Virus record (IMG/VR): IMGVR_UViG_3300048591_000242
Location: 96,001 to 160,000 of that record
Strand: one strand, 5' to 3'
Length of the DNA: 64,000 bases
From: a virus
Taxonomy: Duplodnaviria > Caudoviricetes
Part shown: positions 60,322-64,000 of the stretch, piece after piece
Layout: each line of letters begins with the position of its first letter
Position numbering within the stretch: the first letter of the stretch is position 1
Notes under the pieces: model-generated
Database searches by the model: none
The model's input: only the letters and a program-made list of their open reading frames with translations
What the model was told of the DNA's origin: nothing
Made by a program: the position numbers and the translations under genes

Positions 60322-62415
60322 ATGTTCATGGGCAAACGTACCCTAACACTAGAAGAAAGAAAGGTACCCCTAACCAGAAGAACACATGGCACCATAGCGA
60401 CTTTATCTAGTACCACTACGTTCGATAGTGCCTCCAGGGTACAAATGGCTAGTGTACAGGCAGGTCAAGCCCTAGTGCCACACAAGTCAGATATACCAAG
60501 AATGTTACCTGGATTTGAAGATCAGTTAGCCAAATACACTTTTGGCGTAAAAGCACCAGATGATCTTAAGATTGTCTCAGTAATAAGTAAGTATAGCGGG
60601 GGCTTAGGCGCACATGCCATAAAGTCAAACCCCCTCATAACGGTAATTTATGTAAGTCTGAATACTGGGGAATATGGTTGCTTCCATATAGAGCAATATC
60701 AAAACCAGAGTGAGCGAGTACATGAGACTTTTGGCTTCAAATACAAACTTACTCCTAAAGCCAAGAATTTACACGTTAACATGTGTTTAGAGAAAGGTGA
60801 AGTACTGTCTATCTCTCCCAATGTAGATGAACATGGATGGTACGCCACTGGTATATCAGCTAACGTAGCATACATGTCTACTCCAGCTACTACGGAAGAC
60901 GGATTTGAGATAAGTGATAGTCTATTGGAGAGAGCTAAGCCTACAGCTACTGGTTCTCGTGTAGCAGAATGGGGTAAGAAGTGTTATCCACTAAACATTT
61001 ACAATGAGGGCGATGACAAGTATCGCCCTTTCCCAGAGATAGGAGACCCGATTCGTGAGGATGGTCTGGTGTACGCCATGCGTGACTATGATGACGTTTT
61101 AGCTGGCTTAGACATGACCAACAAGTCTCTTTGTAAGGTGGACTTTGTACACGACGAGTGTGTCTACGGTAAACCAGGGGCTAAGGTATTTGATATAACT
61201 ATCTATACTACTACCAATGAAGGTAGACGTAGCCATAACACTCCATCTGGCATGGAAAAGCTTTGTGAGAAATACTCAAAGCAGCACAGTCAGTATTATG
61301 AAAAGATACTGGAGTGCTATGCTAGCATTAAGCGAGTAACTAATGGGGATTTTAAAATAACCCCAGAATTACAAAACTTAATAGTAAGGGCTAACGGGGA
61401 CATGCCTAACGTAGTGGTACGTAGACTGGAGGACAAGATACGTAAGAAAAATAGTATTATTAAAACTTGGCGAGCTAACCCTATAGATGAGTGGCGAGTA
61501 GAGGTGTTCTATGAGTATTTATTCCCTATAGGGGAAGGGGCTAAGTTTAGTAATCGCCATGGAAGTAAGGGGGTTATTTGTCGAGTCACAAAATCTGAAG
61601 ATATGCCTGTAGATGCCTTCGGTAACAGAGTAGATATAATTATCTATTCTAAAGGTTCTATCTCCAGACTAAACCCCGGGCAGTTTTATGAGCACTTCAT
61701 AAACGCGTGTTCTAGAGACGTCACTCTGGACATAAAGGCCATGATAGGTACTGGTGATAGAAAGGGAGCACTGAAGCATCTGTTGGAGTATTTACGCATT
61801 GCATCGCCTAGGTCATACGAGTTAATTGACTTTGATAATCAGGAGGAACTGGATGACTTATTGGATAGAGCGTGTAAGTATGGTATTTATGTATTCGCGC
61901 CCTCTGACGATAAGGATTTAGGCATAGCTACGTTCTTTAAGCTAATGGAGTTTCGACCACCAAATAAATCACAAGTAACATATCGTGATGTATCTGGTAG
62001 GTTAGTTACTACAGTAGAACCTATTTTGGTAGGGGAAGAGGACGTTATTGTACTAGATAAGCTAGATCATAAACCGATGGCTGTATCTGGTATAAGAAGA
62101 CAACATCATGGTTTCCCTGCTGTAGAGAATAAGAGTACTAAACATAGTACTCCTAGTAAGGAGCAGCCACCTAAGATTATCGGTGAGTCTGAGGCTAGGA
62201 CTGCGGCTGCCGTAATGGGTGGGGATGCAGTATCTGAGTTGTTGGATGTTACTACTAATCCAGAAACACACAGACGTACAGCGGCTGCTATATTCGAAGC
62301 AGAAAATCCAATGGACATAGCGGATTTGGTTGATAGAGAGAATCCTTCTACTGGTGGTAGAAGTATACAATTTATTAAGCATGTGCTTAGCTGTGCTGGC
62401 TATACGATAAAATAA
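60322..62415 (+). CDS. nvRNAP beta subunit, C-terminal part (phiKZ gp71-73-like), uninterrupted
   Basis: SASRVQM, GAKFSNRHGSKGVI, RLNPGQ and IIGESEAR motifs. Confidence 0.9.
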   Translation: MFMGKRTLTLEERKVPLTRRTHGTIATLSSTTTFDSASRVQMASVQAGQALVPHKSDIPRMLPGFEDQLAKYTFGVKAPDDLKIVSVISKYSGGLGAHAIKSNPLITVIYVSLNTGEYGCFHIEQYQNQSERVHETFGFKYKLTPKAKNLHVNMCLEKGEVLSISPNVDEHGWYATGISANVAYMSTPATTEDGFEISDSLLERAKPTATGSRVAEWGKKCYPLNIYNEGDDKYRPFPEIGDPIREDGLVYAMRDYDDVLAGLDMTNKSLCKVDFVHDECVYGKPGAKVFDITIYTTTNEGRRSHNTPSGMEKLCEKYSKQHSQYYEKILECYASIKRVTNGDFKITPELQNLIVRANGDMPNVVVRRLEDKIRKKNSIIKTWRANPIDEWRVEVFYEYLFPIGEGAKFSNRHGSKGVICRVTKSEDMPVDAFGNRVDIIIYSKGSISRLNPGQFYEHFINACSRDVTLDIKAMIGTGDRKGALKHLLEYLRIASPRSYELIDFDNQEELDDLLDRACKYGIYVFAPSDDKDLGIATFFKLMEFRPPNKSQVTYRDVSGRLVTTVEPILVGEEDVIVLDKLDHKPMAVSGIRRQHHGFPAVENKSTKHSTPSKEQPPKIIGESEARTAAAVMGGDAVSELLDVTTNPETHRRTAAAIFEAENPMDIADLVDRENPSTGGRSIQFIKHVLSCAGYTIK

Positions 62416-62424
62416 ACCATAAAC

Positions 62425-62473
62425 TATCTAGTACTACAGCCATACTTTGGAGACAGTACTAGATATATATTAC
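62425..62473 (+). promoter_or_regulatory. inverted repeat overlapping an early promoter motif
   Basis: TATCTAGTACT/AGTACTAGATA arms; AGATATATATTAC at 62461-62473. Confidence 0.55.
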
Positions 62474-62510
62474 CTTTTGAGTATACAACCACTAGTTAGG
62501 AGAAGAATAA

Positions 62511-64000
62511 ATGTCAATACCTAAATATAAGGCAAATGACATAGCCTTAATGTCTGAGGATGAGGTATGGGGTTTACCTAGGCAGATAGAAATTTTATTT
62601 GCAGATAAGGTAAAGTTAGTTACTACATGTAGAAGAACTATTATCAGTTGGTACATGTGGAGACTACATAGGGACTTTCCTGGGTGTCCTGTATTGAGTA
62701 CGCATCACATAGGTAACAAGCGATTTGTGAAGCGTAGTGAGCTTAAAAGACTATCGGTTATTTTCTGGGACGTATATGAGGGTCATCTGGAAAAGCATGA
62801 AAATACCGTATGGGAGATGAGTAAAGCTACCTATGAAATAATAAATACCATTCACAACATAACGGTATCTAGACTGAGTCCTTATGTAACTACTACGGAC
62901 TTAGCTGATATAGCTGAGATTATGACTCACCCAGTAATAGCTGGAGCTAAACGCAAGGCACAAGAGCGAATAGATGCTAATGAGGATGGTTCGGTAGTAC
63001 TGGCTGAAACCTTTAATGAAATCTTTTCTACGTTGGATGGAGATGACCCTAGCTTACGTAGAAATGGCATAGCCAAAATGGTTCGTTGTGGATTGTTAAA
63101 TAGAAACCAGATTTTACAATTCATAGGGCCTAGGGGATTTGTTAAGTCTACTGACGGTACTATGTATAGTGAGCCTATCTATGCAGGGTATGCGGATGGG
63201 TTAAAGAATCTGTATGACTCTATGACTGAGTCTAGAACTGCATCTTTAGCACTGTATATGAACGAAGGTCCTTTACAGGACTCTGAGTACTTTAACAGAC
63301 AGATGCAGCTTTTAGCAGCAGTTATCTCTGGGGTAGGTCAAGATGACTGTGGTACTCAGCATACCTTGGAGTGGTATGTAAATGAGAACGACCTAGAAGG
63401 GTTAGAGGGCAAGTACCATATAGTAGATGGCAAACCTGTTTTATTCAGTAAGCGGGACAGCCATTATGTAGGTAAGATTATTAATCTTAGATCTATTACT
63501 AGATGTGCTAATCCAGACCCTACTGTAGTCTGTAAAACCTGTCTAGGATTAGTGCACAGGGTAATACCGCCTAGGACTAACGTAGGGCACTTTCTTACAA
63601 TTGAACCTCTAGCTACCTTGAGTCAGCTTATACTGTCTACAAAGCACGTAGTAGCCAGCGTAGCCTCATTGTATCTAGATTTGTCTGGTTTACCGGGTAA
63701 ATGGTTTAGATATGACTCTCAGAATAAATCCGCTATACGTGTAAAGAAAGCTAATATAGCTAACTCTTACTGTATTCGGTTTTTAGCTAGTGAGGCTTCT
63801 GGTTTAAACAGTATAGCTTCCTGTAGCGATGTATCGTCTTTACCGCCGCAGCGCATAAGTTGTATTACTGGCATACAGATAGCTAACGCTGATGTAGACG
63901 GTAGTCCTAAGGGAGAATGGGATTCATTTGATACTGTGGTAGGTGGCGTGGGTAGTGCCTTGTCTGGGGATGTGATAGAAGCCATACAGCGTAATGGCTT
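62511..64000 (+). CDS. nvRNAP beta-prime C-terminal subunit (phiKZ gp74-like), truncated by window end
   Basis: read by hand from ATG 62511 after AGGAG; QFIGPRGF, SEYFNRQMQL, DDCGT, LRS..C...VCKTCLG. Confidence 0.85.
   Translation, partial: MSIPKYKANDIALMSEDEVWGLPRQIEILFADKVKLVTTCRRTIISWYMWRLHRDFPGCPVLSTHHIGNKRFVKRSELKRLSVIFWDVYEGHLEKHENTVWEMSKATYEIINTIHNITVSRLSPYVTTTDLADIAEIMTHPVIAGAKRKAQERIDANEDGSVVLAETFNEIFSTLDGDDPSLRRNGIAKMVRCGLLNRNQILQFIGPRGFVKSTDGTMYSEPIYAGYADGLKNLYDSMTESRTASLALYMNEGPLQDSEYFNRQMQLLAAVISGVGQDDCGTQHTLEWYVNENDLEGLEGKYHIVDGKPVLFSKRDSHYVGKIINLRSITRCANPDPTVVCKTCLGLVHRVIPPRTNVGHFLTIEPLATLSQLILSTKHVVASVASLYLDLSGLPGKWFRYDSQNKSAIRVKKANIANSYCIRFLASEASGLNSIASCSDVSSLPPQRISCITGIQIANADVDGSPKGEWDSFDTVVGGVGSALSGDVIEAIQRNG

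Noticed and set aside
60322-62415. Intron or intein in the nvRNAP beta subunit (interrupted in phiKZ)
   Set aside because: Continuous ORF with all motifs and no insertion signature

Overview
This is a 64-kb segment of a nucleus-forming, phiKZ-like jumbo phage (Chimalliviridae). The assignment rests on motif recognition and synteny with phiKZ; no database searches were run. The window holds the head protease, SbcC and SbcD, the tail tube/sheath/baseplate/terminase block, PhuZ tubulin, a family-B DNA polymerase, NAD-dependent ligase, dUTPase, chimallin, and the non-virion RNA polymerase (nvRNAP) and nuclear-import block. The main discovery is that phuZ is split inside its GTP-binding signature (STSGG|SGSV) by a 2349-nt group I intron (29716-32064). 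That single intron carries two unrelated endonuclease genes, a DUF559/Vsr-like ORF in the P5 extension and an HNH ORF in the P8 loop. A second group I intron (47162-48673, HNH in the P1 loop) splits the nvRNAP beta-prime catalytic motif (TAD|YDGD). Other candidates: a free-standing HNH, a nuclease-less HEG-like ORF, an ART-fold fusion on a putative virion protein, tandem SspB-like genes, unannotated microproteins, possible AUA starts, a hairpin+TATGC terminator family and two structured intergenic RNAs. No tRNA, rRNA or CRISPR array was seen. The host cannot be determined; dut and ligA look gammaproteobacterial.
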